Origin: Octopus bimaculoides
Taxonomy: Eukaryota
DNA length: 64,000 bases
Reading direction: 5' to 3'
Assembly (NCBI RefSeq): GCF_001194135.2
Contig: NC_068981.1
Coordinates: 51,282,656-51,346,655 of the forward strand
Notes under the pieces: model-generated
What the model saw: the letters and a program-made list of their open reading frames with translations, nothing else
Told to the model about the DNA's origin: nothing
Databases searched by the model: none
Made by a program: the position numbers and the translations under genes
Part shown: in pieces, positions 12,505 to 26,029 of the stretch
Layout: every line of letters starts with the position of its first letter
Numbering within the stretch: position 1 is the first letter of the stretch

Positions 12505-13070
12505 TACAGTAAAATATTGTATGTTGAGTCTGCTGCTGTGCTCCGTCTCCGAATGCAGAAGTCAGAATCTTATCAGGTGGTGAAGAAGCTCTGTACGTTT
12601 TCAGCTCCTTCCAACATGCTACCTGAGCTCTCCACGGCTAAATTTCCGCATAACAGCAGAGTTTTGTCGAGTCAAACTGCCACTCTGGGCCAGATGTTTC
12701 TACCATCTTCAATGCTCTTTCTTGCTGCACCACTCATTTTCTCTCTTCACCCACACGTAATGTCTCACTTTCTCAGCGATGTCGTATAATTTTTTGGCAT
12801 GTTTTCTTTCTTTTTTTTGCTAGATTCCAGAGCATAGACTAATCTCTGGTTCCAACAAATGCTCTAAAACCTATTGCTATATGTAGGCTTATTGTCTCAC
12901 AATATTGTGAAACTTATTGTTTTCATAGTTGAAGCAACTCTTAATATCTCCTGTCTTTCCGCAGATGTTTGCCTCTTAGGAAACTGTCAGCTGAAGCATC
13001 TTCAATATTTCCTTTGCCTTGTAGTATGTGACAATCTGGTGTCTTTTGTTAGCAAATGTATACACACATA
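12505..13070 (-). mobile_element. 3' end of a HERO-like RLE retrotransposon (endonuclease remnant and 3' UTR) ending at a (TAA)n array
   Basis: Minus strand QIVTY..KEILKMLQLTVS*EAN and LYDIAEKVRHYVWVKRENEW resemble DIV...IELTVPWEEN and AExASxWxWxKR; ~230-nt UTR then AATAATAAT. Confidence 0.65.
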
Positions 13071-14737
13071 CACAGATATATACACATATAAACATATATA
13101 TATACATGGATAAACATACATAAATAAATTCATTAGTGAGGATATACACATACATACTTGTGTATGTATTTGTGTGGTTATATGTGCGCGTGCGTGTGCG
13201 TGTATATACGCATATGTTTACTTGTGTATGTACGTTGTTGGCCCCAGTGCAAGTATATACTTCTATAATAGAATAATTCTATTCAAAATATATATTAACT
13301 ATATATATTGGTAAAGATAAAATTGCAAACGTTTCTAATAGTTTTGGAACTACTTAATATATCAAACCACAGGGAATATAATCCACATTTCATATAATGG
13401 CATCGACACTAAAACAATTGCTCTGCTGTAAGAGATTAGAAATTCAAGTAAATGCCAGCTAATGGCAAATTACAATAGTGATTGCTTATCGTTGAATTCC
13501 TCACGTTCCCAATTCATCCATCTATGCCTATTGATATTCTCAACAATAAGTAGTTAATACAGCTTGTGATATATATTAGTATGATGTATGTGAAACTAGA
13601 CTGCAATAATTTCACCCGATAGAGAGAAGAAAACAAAAAACAAAATCAAGATATATAATACTATTAATACACAATAATTGTATCATTATCAGCATCAACA
13701 TTAATAATTACAATGGTAACAATACAATCACATTAACAGCCGCAACAACAATGACAATAACTTCAATAGCAATGACAATACTATAACAATAACCACAAAA
13801 TCAACTGAAAGGTTAATGTAACAATTACAAAAAAAGCAGTAAAACTAGCAAAACGACAAATAAGCAAATATATAAAAGACGTTATCCTAACATTAACGAA
13901 AACTACGACAGCAATAAAATGAGCAAAAACAACAAAACCATTCTGGCAATGTTCCTATGCAAAAATGGGACTTGATAGATCACGCGAATGGGAATATGGA
14001 AATAGTATAATTTACGAATGGTCGGAGACACGAGGTAGACACTAGAATGCATTTGAAGCATAAAATATTAGAACCACAATAGATACCGAATTACACAAGC
14101 ATTACGTCTCTTTTCGTTTATAATTATACCGAAATAATGTACAGAAGATTGTATTATATTACTAGAACATTGCAACACTTCCTCTACTTTGTCCTAGCAT
14201 TGGCAGTATTCAAAATAACTGTTAAACTGTTAACTATATCAAAGGTAGCCCACATACCCTCTGAGAGTACACGTCTATTACCAAAGACATTCTAACCACG
14301 ATAATCCCGTATTCTCAGATACAATTTTTTTCACGCTACGTGGTATTTTCTTCCTGTACTTTAAAGTCTGAATATTGTGGTTCGAAAGAGATTTTGACTG
14401 TTACTTCTAACCAACAGCGTTACCACGTAGAGTAATTATTATTAGTTCATGTCATTTGTCGTAAAAAGCGGATCTCAGGAGCAAGAACAGATTTAGCAAA
14501 AGACGCAACAGCAAATGCAAAAACAGCAACGACACTAACAATAGCACCGGCAACCAGACGGATGTAAACAAAATGTAACCTCAATTAGAACAATAATAAC
14601 AACGTTACTTTCCCAAAACTTCCACTGTCAATGAATGTTTCAGCTGAAATAGCAATTCATGAATATAGAATATGAAAAGGCCGGGATTAGGTGTGGAAAT
14701 AGTGCAGGAGCTAAGTAATATTCAAAATAAGACAACG

Positions 14738-14795
14738 TTTGAAATTCTCGAAATGCAACACTTGTATTTGAAATTCTCGAAATGCAACATTTGTA
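14738..14795. repeat. 29-bp tandem duplication
   Basis: TTTGAAATTCTCGAAATGCAACA(C/T)TTGTA x2. Confidence 0.95.
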
Positions 14796-14892
14796 TTCTC
14801 CCACCACAGTATCACACGTGGCTAGCAGTCATCAGTGTTTTAACAAATTCAATAATTTCAGAAAACAATGGGGAGTGGCAGCAGCAGCAAAT

Positions 14893-14893
<1 letters not shown>

Positions 14894-14959
<66 letters not shown>
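14894..14959. repeat. (TAG)n microsatellite
   Basis: Visible array. Confidence 0.97.
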
Positions 14960-17900
14960 CTGTTGTTGTTTTTGTTGTTCTTTTTGCTGCAGTATTATAA
15001 CATTAAACAAATAGAAAATTTGACGCAGTCAATAGTCGCGGTTGTCTGTTTAGGAAAAATTGTGTTTTCAAATGTCGTAAATGACGATGTTATTGCAGTG
15101 TTAAGAAAAAAATGTTAGTTTGCAAGCACAATTAGAAGACAAAACAGAAAACGGAAAAAAAGTGCGTGGAACAATGCAAGAGAAGTTTATTTTGTTTTGA
15201 GAAACAATAGCTTGAATGAAAGTAAGAAATATTAAAGGAGACAACTATAAGTATATTTTCGGAGAAATGTTATTTTACAAAATTAACGTTTTGTATTTGA
15301 ATATAACTTAATTTATTTTGTAAATAATCTTTAAATTATAGCAATCCATTCTTCCACTAACTGCAGTTTAGTGATAGATCCAAAACAATATGAGAAGCTT
15401 TCTTGAATGCATGAGTCATAAATAAGTTGTTCGACGGAAATAGTTGCACGAGTTACCATTACTGTTGCAAGCCTGCTGAGATAGTTCACGAATTGGTTTC
15501 ATGCTTTCTCGTCATGTTCCAATAGCACGATCGTTTTGATTGCAACAGTTGTTACACGAGGATTTGGGTATCTGCTTCGGAGAACCGCGAAATTCATCAG
15601 TTTTTTGAAAATTTTTTGTATACTTTCCTTGAGATGAACGCAGATATTTTACTGGGACTTGCATTGTTAAGAGTCCAAGTTAAGAGTCCAAAGCAACTAA
15701 TCCCTAACAAATCCACAGAAAATGTTATCATAATACTTTCACAAGGACTGTCGCCTAACAGTCCATTCTCCCTTTCACGCATGGAGAGTACAGTTATATA
15801 GTTTAGCACGCGTCCGTAATGGAAAACCCCCAAAATGCTGATAAAACGTTCCAGGGCAATTAATTTTGGATGAGTTCATGAATTTTGTCCAAGTTTTCGG
15901 GCGTTTTTATAGTGACTGGTGGCTCTGAAAGTTCAACATGTTGGACGTGTATTTGATCGACCTTAAAACTCGAGTAAAACCCCAAAATTTAGTGCTTATC
16001 GTAAAGAATATTCACCAAAAGCATGACTAAGAGTTTCTAAGGAATACATAATAGACTTTCAGAATTCCATGGAAAATTCGGCAGAGAAATGTTGCTCGAA
16101 TACGCCTGTCACCGTATAAAATGTAGAATCGATCTGAAACAATGTTGCAAAAATCTCGCGAAATAACCGAACAGAAATCATGAGCATGGAATCTAATTGT
16201 AGGCCCATATGATCGGTACGTTGGCTACCAGTGATCAACTAGGCATCCATTACTCATAAAACATAAAATCCCACTAAGTACACTCCAGGAACTTTTTCAC
16301 AAGCACCTGTATGTTAATTTGATTAATTAACCTTGTAATTAACAGAGTATTTTAATTATATTTTTCATTAATATCATGATGCTGATTTCATTTATATTGT
16401 TGATCAAACAGAAAAATAGTGTCCATAATCCATTACAACACTTTCCAGACTGGTAGCCGGAGAGGGAGGTATATGTAAAACAGACATCTAGTGACAAAGC
16501 TGCCAATACTTGTCTAAAGGCACCGCCAATCAGGTTTTATGTTAAACGGAATAACAAATTAGATAGGTCGCGGCGTATTTTAAACTCGTAACACCAAAAG
16601 TCGGAACAAATACTGCAACTGTAAAGTTTCCGTTAATCTCCTGCCTTTGACATGCACTTTATTTTTATCTTGGAAAGATGAAAACAAAGTTCGACGTAGG
16701 GGGATAGGAAGGAAGAGTACTGGAATATTCAAAAGAAATCACTCTTTGCCCGACGATTCAAAGACTCTGCCAATCTAACGCCTAACGTGCTGGTAAGGCG
16801 ACGGATGAAATTCTTTATAATATTTAATCCCGTCTTTCTACGTTCTGAATTCAAATCCCCATAAAACTAACTCTAATTTTTAGATTTTGGAAATAAGAAC
16901 CCTTTAAGTAGTATCAAAACCATTTAATTGGGTACATACCATGAAGCAATGATCCACATTTGTAGCATTATACCTAATATTAAAATTGCTATTTGTTTAT
17001 GATTTGGCGCAAGCTTTCAAAGTAAACGTGGTTTTCAGCCTTGGAACATAAATAATTCCGAACTCATTTTATGCATATCCGACTTCATATAACAAGTAAC
17101 ATACATTTCTAAATTGTTATCTGAAACGGGACTGGCAAGAAAGACATTTTGTTTTAAATATAATCGATTTTCTCTGAAATTGAACTCTATATCGCATTTT
17201 ATAAAGTAGAACTTAAATTAAACATTGAGATTTTGCTGATTGCAGTTCGAGTCGACGAAAGAACAGCATTCAGCACCTTACACAGGGCCTCCAAATCTGT
17301 TACAAAATGTGGGCGAATAAATAATGAATAATCACATCCACAGATCGCAGTTTTCATAGCAGTGTTTGCAACAGTGTACCCCACGAAAAGAACACATATG
17401 TTGTGTGTTGTTTTTAAATCAGGTGACAGATCAAGTCCACCAACAAATAGCATATATAATCCTCTTCATGGGCTTCTCTGGAGACTCTGTCAGCCTAATT
17501 CCGTCTACAATACTCGATTTCACCCGAAGAGACTCTTACCAAATATAATACAGAGTAATTACAAAATGAACTTTTTAAACAAAGAATTATCCTTGCGTTA
17601 TGATAAGTACTAAATACACAAAATGTGTTAAAAACATGTCATTGTTAGATATTGCATGCATTTACTTCTTAAATAGGTACAGAATATTAAAAGTAAGAAG
17701 GGAAAATAGATGGCGTTAATATTTTGCTCAAACGCATTGATGTGAATTTAGAGTAATAGTTGCAAGTGGGAAGGAGGATCTGGTTTCGGATTCTAGTATA
17801 GAATATATTTCCGTATTCTATTATTCGTGCAAATGTCTAACTATTGAATTATTACACTGAATGAAGGTTTCCGATTTGTATGTAAAGGAAAGAACCGAAT

Positions 17901-19419
17901 CGAAGTATATGGCTAGTACTCTATTTCGTCCTTTCGGAGTCGATATAATAAGTTCATATTCTTCTTGTTAGTACGAAAAGAATATGACCACAGAACTAAA
18001 GAAGTAAACGATAAACCTTATTTAGTCAGAACTTTGACAAACGTTTTCGGTACTGTATAATCTTCCACTATCTGCAAATATTAACAAAATAGAATTATTC
18101 CCTAAGTCAATGTTTAGATTTTGTACGTACAAGGAAAGATAATGTCGGAATAGTGACAAGCACAAATCTACAACAGATTGTTGATAGATATGGACAATGA
18201 CAGATAGATAGATAGATAAATAGATAGATACATACATACATACATACATACATAGAGAAAATATCTTCTCATAAAATACACCATAAAGCAATATACGAAT
18301 TTAAAACTTACTGAACAGTCAGTAGCACCACTTTAGCGGTCATGGCACGTCAATGTCATTAAGCATTAAAAGAACATATATTGATTATTACAATAAAACT
18401 TAAATATCCCGAATCAGATGTTGTGTCTTGAGGTTAAGCACTAATTGCACGCAACACTCAAACTACTTAATGCATATTACATGCCAGCTTGATGTTGTGT
18501 TAGTAAAGGAGTTATACCACTAATTTCACTTTTTATCAAAACTAATCTAACTTTATCCAGAATTATCCAGAAAAACGAAGGATGATATGCGACAGAACAG
18601 TCGTTGAAAGTAATATCTGCAAAATATCATATGTGAAAAATTAACAGGTAAGAGCAAACTGGTCTGCCTACGATTTGAGCATCAATTATATCAGCAATCT
18701 TATTCAATTTCGATATACAATTAAAAGCACAAAAATACACATGCACACAGGCGTACACACACGCATGCACACATGCACATACAAACGTACATGCACGCAC
18801 GCACACACGCACGGGTGTACATACAAGCATACACATATACATGCACATACGTTCGTATGAATAATATCTATATACTTGCATAAATATGCCAAAGTTATCT
18901 ATGGATTGTGACGTTTCTTTTAAGCAATACTTCTCGTACTTACATCCGTTATAACCCGCACATATGCGACAAAACATTGAAGCTACATTTCGGCAACTTA
19001 GTAAACGACTGAGTCCATTATACCGCTATTCTTTCAACTAAAGACGTCACTGAATATAACTAAACTTTTTCTGAAGAAAACAAAAAGGATAGAAAACAAT
19101 GTGATAGATATTATGGAAGGGTTTAAGCAACAATAACAATACCAGTATTCAATGTACGTATTGGTAAATTTCCGTATAAAACTGCGTCTCTCTAGGAGAC
19201 ACACACGAGTGCGGCAGTGTGATTTCCTGCATTCAATCTCATCCATATCGATCTCCAAATAATTTCATCATGTAACTATAACATTACAATGGTCCAGAGA
19301 AAGTAAGATGTATCTGTGTGAGCGTTTTTGTATTATATGATCGTGTATTGCGGTTTACATTAACTTTTCCTGGCACATAAATAGTATTTACAATTGCATG
19401 TTTATTCGTACGGCTTTTA

Positions 19420-19560
19420 CTTGTTTCAGTCATCAAACTGTGGCCATGACGGAGCGGTACCGTGAAGAGATTTAGTCGGAAAAAAATCGACTCAGGACTT
19501 ATTTTTCAGCCTGATACTTACTATATCATTTTCTTTTGTCGAACCTCTAATAAAGACTCA
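19420..19560 (-). mobile_element. degraded SINE family C copy
   Basis: TCAGTCATCAAACTGTGGCCATGACGGAGC...AATCGACTCAGGACTTAT...TTTTGTCGAACC; related in reverse to 28100-28232. Confidence 0.55.
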
Positions 19561-19621
19561 AATAGTGGTTGTGTCTATGTGAAACATGGACAAAAGGAGC
19601 ACATAGATATATACATATACA

Positions 19622-19680
19622 TCGATTTGGTAGATGAAAACTGAAAGAAGTCCGTCGTATACATACATATATATATATAT
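19622..19680 (+). mobile_element. 3' part of SINE family A with (TA)n tail
   Basis: GATTTGGTAGATGAAAACTGAAAGAAGTCCGTCGTATACATACATATA. Confidence 0.6.
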
Positions 19681-20125
19681 ATGTGTGTGCGTGTGTGTGT
19701 GTGTGTATACATATATATGTATGCATATATATATNNNNNNNNNNNNNNNNNNNNNNNNNNNNNNNNNNNNNNNNNNNNNNNNNNNNNNNNNNNNNNNNNN
19801 NNNNNNNNNNNNNNNNNNNNNNNNNNNNNNNNNNNNNNNNNNNNNNNNNNNNNNNNNNNNNNNNNNNNNNNNNNNNNNNNNNNNNNNNNNNNNNNNNNNN
19901 NNNNNNNNNNNNNNNNNNNNNNNNNNNNNNNNNNNNNNNNNNNNNNNNNNNNNNNNNNNNNNNNNNNNNNNNNNNNNNNNNNNNNNNNNNNNNNNNNNNN
20001 NNNNNNNNNNNNNNNNNNNNNNNNNNNNNNNNNNNNNNNNNNNNNNNNNNNNNNNNNNNNNNNNNNNNNNNNNNNNNNNNNNNNNNNNNNNNNNNNNNNN
20101 NNNNNNNATATATATATATATATAT

Positions 20126-20275
20126 ACGAGGGCTTCTTTCAGTTTCTGTCTACCAATCCCACTCCCAAAGTTTTGGTTGACCCGAGGCTATAGTAGGAGA
20201 CACTTGGCCAAGATGCCACGCAGTGGGACTGAACTCGGGAGCATGTAGCTGGTAAGTACTTACTATACAACCTCC
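20126..20275 (-). mobile_element. SINE family A copy
   Basis: GGCTTCTTTCAGTTTCTGTCTACCAA...CCGAGGCTATAGTAGGAGACACTTGGCCAAGATGCCACGCAGTGGGACTGAACTCGG. Confidence 0.8.
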
Positions 20276-20325
20276 TTTGCACCTAATAACAATAACAACA
20301 ACAACAACAACAATAATAATAATAG

Positions 20326-21130
20326 TATAAAGAAAGAAATGCTTAAAGAGGAAAAGAACACAAAAAAAGAAACGGCATGGAAGGAGAAAATGTACGGTCA
20401 GTAAGAAATACAAACACCAAGATAGATAGAGAAGACCAATGGGTATGGATGAGAAGGAGTGACCTGAAGATAGAGACAAAAGCACTTATATGCGCAGCTC
20501 AGGAACATGCATTAAGGACTAACTATGTGAAGTGGAGAATCGATAACACTACCGACAGCGATAAATGTAGAATGATTAGTGAGAGGGGTGAAACTCTATG
20601 GCATATCATTAATTGGCACAACTATTATAAAAGGCAACATGACATTGTGGCAAGAATGAAATTTGCATAATCCTGTGAGGTACAATGATTCAGTGCGATC
20701 ATCTGGCCACACATCGGAAACCGTACATTGCTGTGGTGGAAAAAGACAAATGATATGCATGATAATCGACATAGAGCAAACAATACTATCAAAGAGAAAG
20801 AAGAAAAAATTGAACTTCTATGACGATTCGCTGTGAGAAATACGAAGATTGTGGTCAATGAGAGTAGACCTTGTACCAATAGTAATTGGCGCTCTTGGAA
20901 GTATCAGCACCCAGCTACCATCATGGCTTACCAGGACTGGTACAAACAGAAAGGAAGAACACCTACAAAAACCAGCATTGCTTGGAACTGCAAGAATTCT
21001 TTGTAGGGATCTTGATGTTTGACCAGTAAACAAGTGTCACCTTAGTCAGCTGGTTGTGGACAGTTGACACTTTCGGTCATACCGAGAAAATTACGCTGTG
21101 AGTTTGCATCAAACAATAATGATGATAATA
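20326..21130 (+). mobile_element. 5'-truncated R4/Dong-like retrotransposon 3' end (zinc knuckle and RLE endonuclease, 3' UTR)
   Basis: QWVWMRRSDLKIETKALICAAQEHALRTNYVK..DKCRM..ETLWHI..RQHD, RKPYIAVVEKD..IDI, VPIVIGALGS, LQKPALLGTARIL; preceded by (AAC/AAT)n and ends in AATAATGATGATAATAAT. Confidence 0.85.
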
Positions 21131-21139
21131 ATCATTATT

Positions 21140-21860
21140 TGTTTATTAACAACATTAGGTTTGCATTTAAAAAAAACATTGTGGACAGCACAGGACAAAT
21201 AAAATATGGGGTTACATGAAAGTCATGTAAACAATGAAGAAGAATCTATTATAACATCAAAATTCTCCAAAAGAGGGTGACCTCGCAGGACTACGCGAAG
21301 AAACCCCGCAAATTCACGACACTCCTCACCACCTCACTTTGTCTACAGGCACATGCTTAGATGAGGCCCATTCGTTCGGACCATTCTTGCGACATTCACC
21401 CACCTTTTAACAAAGTTGCTGGGAAGTAGAATTTCCCCCTCCACCCTCACATTCCTTTTCAGTGAAAGTTGAAAAATTTATGAGGACTTGGCCAAAGAGA
21501 AAAGTGTCTGTCTTCAGCCCGTTCAATTTGGTTCACTACACAGCCTCTTTTGTTAGGGCTATCGAGCAAAGAAAAACAGCCTACCCTTCCCGAACAAAGG
21601 AAGGCGACGGGATTATCTTCAGAATGGACTCGGCCGATAGCAAGATCCGTCTAACACGCCCTAGCAGATGTTCAACATAAACCCACAAGTCAAAAATAGT
21701 GGGGCACTAGAAGTGTGCAGAAAAGTTCGTTGTTCTGCGTGCCTCTCAGTCAAGCCTGGCTGACTGCACTTCCGTGCCTCTAGAGTTTGTCCTGAATAAG
21801 CAATGCTCTGGGGAAGCACTACCAGGCCAGAGATTTCAAGAAACTGCAGCTCAGTCAAAG
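21140..21860 (-). mobile_element. Tx1/L1-clade LINE 3' fragment
   Basis: Minus strand DLWVYVEHLLGRVRRILLSAESILKIIPSPSFVREG*AVFLCSIA..EAV..TKLNGLKTDTF and RWVNVARM, downstream of a degenerate zinc knuckle. Confidence 0.7.
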
Positions 21861-24003
21861 AGACAAGGGAAATCGCGTCTGACTCTGTTATATAAGAAAA
21901 AGCTTATAAGCAGATTACATTAACCTTCTTAGATAATATTTAAGAATTCAAATGGACTCTGGATAGTGTTATGCTAACAAACACCATAGCGGCTGAGTTG
22001 AACAAACTTAACGAAATGTTTTTAATCATTGTAAGCAAAGGCATAAGTACCTACGTCTTCATTTTGTCTACAAGAAACAGTTATAGAGGAATATTGGTTG
22101 TTATAAGGTTTCAAAATCACAGTAGGTTGTTTTGCGTTGGAGGTCAGGCTACTAACTACTGTTCATCTTCAGGGTAATTTCAGTCAGTCTATACACACAC
22201 ACACAAACACACACACACAAGCACACACTCACAAATATATACACCCAGTTTATGTGATAGTGAGGTGAATGCCATTTAACTATCATACTATTTGTGTATT
22301 GCTTAATTTGTTGACTTTGAATTGAGGAAATGTAGTGCTGGCTTCAGTCTGATTCGATCTCAGAACATAAATTAACCTAACTAAATATTAGAAAAGCTAT
22401 CTTCCAGTGCTCCACAGTCCCTGCCATAGATGAGCTATATTACGGTTCTCCCACCTCACATCGTACTACATACAAATAAATATAATTTCGTGTTTCTACA
22501 ACAAGAAAGTAGGCAAATGACAATTGTAACAACGAGGAGAGCAGCTGCAAAAGTACTTTATTTTACAGACAAATATTGTTTTATTTTCATGTTTGCAGTA
22601 AATATTTTGTATCATTTTTATTTGTTTGTGGTATCAGATTTAGTAAAGATAAATAGTAAAATTTTGGAAATATACAAAACATTACGTCTGCTGCTTAAGA
22701 GTTTTTCTATAAAAACATATTTGAAGGTTTGCAGACTAGAAATTTCGATTAGTGCTACAATAAATTACTGATAAAAGCTTGTAGTAACAAAGCGAATGAA
22801 AATTCCGAGTAAATGCATTCGCAGAATTGTACGCAATATATATTTTGCAATATCAAATCTAGTACCAATGTATTTTACTGAAGGTAACAACATGAATATT
22901 AGTGTATATATTTTTGTTGTTAAAAAATACAAACTTCAATTATGGAATGAAATAACATTCTTGAAGCTTTAGCAGACTATATTTCAATGGTAGATTGGTA
23001 AAAATTCGATCATTTATGTGAGACAATATATTACCACAGGTGGATAGTTCTCAAACGTATCATTATTTTTATGTTGCCTTACTACTGTGTTAATTTTGTA
23101 GGCTACTAATTGGTGCCAGTGCCAAGTGCTATTCTTGCATCAAGAATAAATCTAATCTATTTAATTTCTTTAAAAAAAAAACTAAATACAAAATACTAAT
23201 CGATATCTAAAGTATTATCACTCTAAATTAAAATCAATGTCATGTCTTCTCTTTAATATAAAGCCCATCGGGATTTTAGTAATTGTTTGATGCTCCAAAG
23301 GGTTTTCGCTTCTAAAAGCTATATTTAATGGAAATGAAATCACTGAGAAGCATCGATTATCTCCATTAATTTCGCATGTTTACGAATAATCCTTCGGCTC
23401 ACTGAAGCGTGAGTTAAAATATTCAACTTGTTTTTTGCCTTTTCTTTCATTTCATTTTTTTGATAAATGGAGGCGCTTTTGGAAAATAATTATGATTCAA
23501 CTTTTAGTTCATTTTCATGCTATTTTTATCCTGGAACAAACGATTTACGTATGGCTTTAAAACATATACTTCTAAATAATGTGGTAGTAAAATTCATTCA
23601 CATGACCAATGGATTTGTGTGCATTCAAAATTTAACGTGATCCAATAAAGAATATAAATCGATGATAATGTGCTGACTCTGAAAGCGTTCACTCAGTTTT
23701 ATTTCAATCTTTTTAAGTGACAAATTCACATAGAATGGCAAATGAATTTAAAATCAAGATGGCGTGTCCGTTTATTATATACACCTCAAACTAGAGGCAA
23801 CAAAACAGCATCTTTTTTTTTTATCCTTCTTCAATAATACTTATCTAGTGGTTTGATATTTAAATACCAAGGCACACCTACTAAATTTTGTTACTTAGTT
23901 GACACTATTAATATTTGATATGAAACGTTGGATTTTCTAAACACGAAGAGGTAACAATGTTCTGTTATAATACGTATGTTTCAATAATAATTTATCAATT
24001 TAT

Positions 24004-24041
<38 letters not shown>

Positions 24042-25422
24042 CATTTGTAAACATTTTGTACATCCAGTGTTCGCAAATTCATTAATGTGTGTGTGTGTGT
24101 GTTTATGCGTACGTGTATAAGCGTGCAAGCGTGTATGCCTCTGTGTGTGTGTATTCTATTTTTGTTTTATACGCTTCAGCCCTAAGACTGTGGTCACAAT
24201 GTGTGTGTTTATGTATAAACACACACACACACACGCACATACACACACACACACACGCACGCACGCATACACACATACACACAAGCACATATATCCAAAT
24301 TCAGCCCAGTTGGCTCACGTATCATGTGTTTATTTATTAGTTGTATGAAATATTTCCACATTATTTTAAAAGCTTCGGAGGCGTGCAACACGTATACCTC
24401 AGCAAATGTTCGGAGAAACTGTAAGGGAACTGGAACTGAATTAAACTATTATTACAAACGCACACATACACACATACACACTCACTTACACACACAATTA
24501 TATATATTTGCGTGAGTACGTATATATGGGGGAATTTACGAAAAAAACAACAGACGAGGACAGGTGGTGTAAACAACATATATATATATATATATACATA
24601 CTTACAAGCGCACACAAACACACTCACACAGCATAGGGACAAACACACACAACACGGGGACACGGACACACACACATATACATGCGTACATACGTTCAAC
24701 AATATTGTTTGAACATAAATTATGAGTAAAACATAAAATAATTTAAACCACAAACTTATTTAATATATTCAAATGATAATTGTATATTAATATATTAAAA
24801 TTTTGTTTCTCATTTGTAATCGTATTCGTAAACCAATTTAAATTTCTTAATTATATTTAAATAGGCGCAATTATCAAACACCCAAAATATAAATTTGACT
24901 TAATGAAGGTTTGCGCATTTGTTTGTGGGTGCGTGTGAATGCGTATATATGTATACGCTCAAATACGTACATACATGCATACATGTATATATCCATACAC
25001 ACATGCATACATACATACATACATACATACATACATACAGACAGACAGACATACAAAATACAGGTTTTCACTTAAGTTGATGATGAAATTGATGTGATAA
25101 GGTTTTTCTCCTCTCTATTTCTCGATATAACTAGACATGAATTTGTGACCTCGGAGTTAATTTGCTAACGTGTATATTGGTTTATACGAGTATGTAGAAG
25201 AAGGCATTTCCCCATAGTGAACCACGGGGTTGCGCAGATACCATCCAACTCATAGACATAGGTGCTATCAAATAATGAAAGAAAAAGTTTTGATAACTAA
25301 ATCAATTTACAAAATAAAAACAGTGAATTAAATGGAGTCAAGTTCATTTGTTTTATTGAGTGAAGTATTATATCAAAAAGCTAATCCTCACTGCAGGTAC
25401 ACACATTTAGACTAAGTGCAAC

Positions 25423-25521
25423 TATTGAGAATTCCTCGAATTGGTACAAATGGCAATTGAGGAGTATTCTGTTTAATGTGCATATTTCTTACGCTGTTGC
25501 CAATTCAAGGAATTCTCAATA
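25423..25521. repeat. 99-bp element with 22-bp terminal inverted repeats (MITE-like hairpin)
   Basis: TATTGAGAATTCCTCGAATTGG (25423-25444) vs CCAATTCAAGGAATTCTCAATA (25500-25521): 21/22 complementary, TA at both ends. Confidence 0.7.
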
Positions 25522-25726
25522 GGCGATTTCCAGCAGAGAAGTTTATTCGTTCATTTCATTACAGGTTTCAAACATTAGATTATGCTGTTTTGCTGGGCAC
25601 CGAAAAGGTTTTTGCCCGGAGTTTTGAGCACAATGATTATTTCAACTCTGGGATATAAGCAACAGTACCGATGTTGTTTCGAATGGAACAAACGTCAGCA
25701 TGCGCACATACCCAATTCACGTGATG

Positions 25727-25761
<35 letters not shown>

Positions 25762-26029
25762 NNNNNNNNNNNNNNNNNNNNNNNNNNNNNNNNNNNNNNN
25801 NNNNNNNNNNNNNNNNNNNNNNNNNNNNNNNNNNNNNNNNNNNNNNNNNNNNNNNNNNNNNNNNNNNNNNNNNNNNNNNNNNNNNNNNNNNNNNNNNNNN
25901 NNNNNNNNNNNNNNNNNNNNNNNNNNNNNNNNNNNNNNNNNNNATATATATATATATATACATATATATATTTATATATACATAGATTAGTTTCAGCTCG
26001 ACAGTTGTGGACATGCTCAAACACCGTCG

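Noticed and set aside
18560-18652. Plus-strand 87-nt AG...GTAAGA exon candidate
   Set aside because: Stop codons in all three frames; could only be a UTR exon and nothing supports that.
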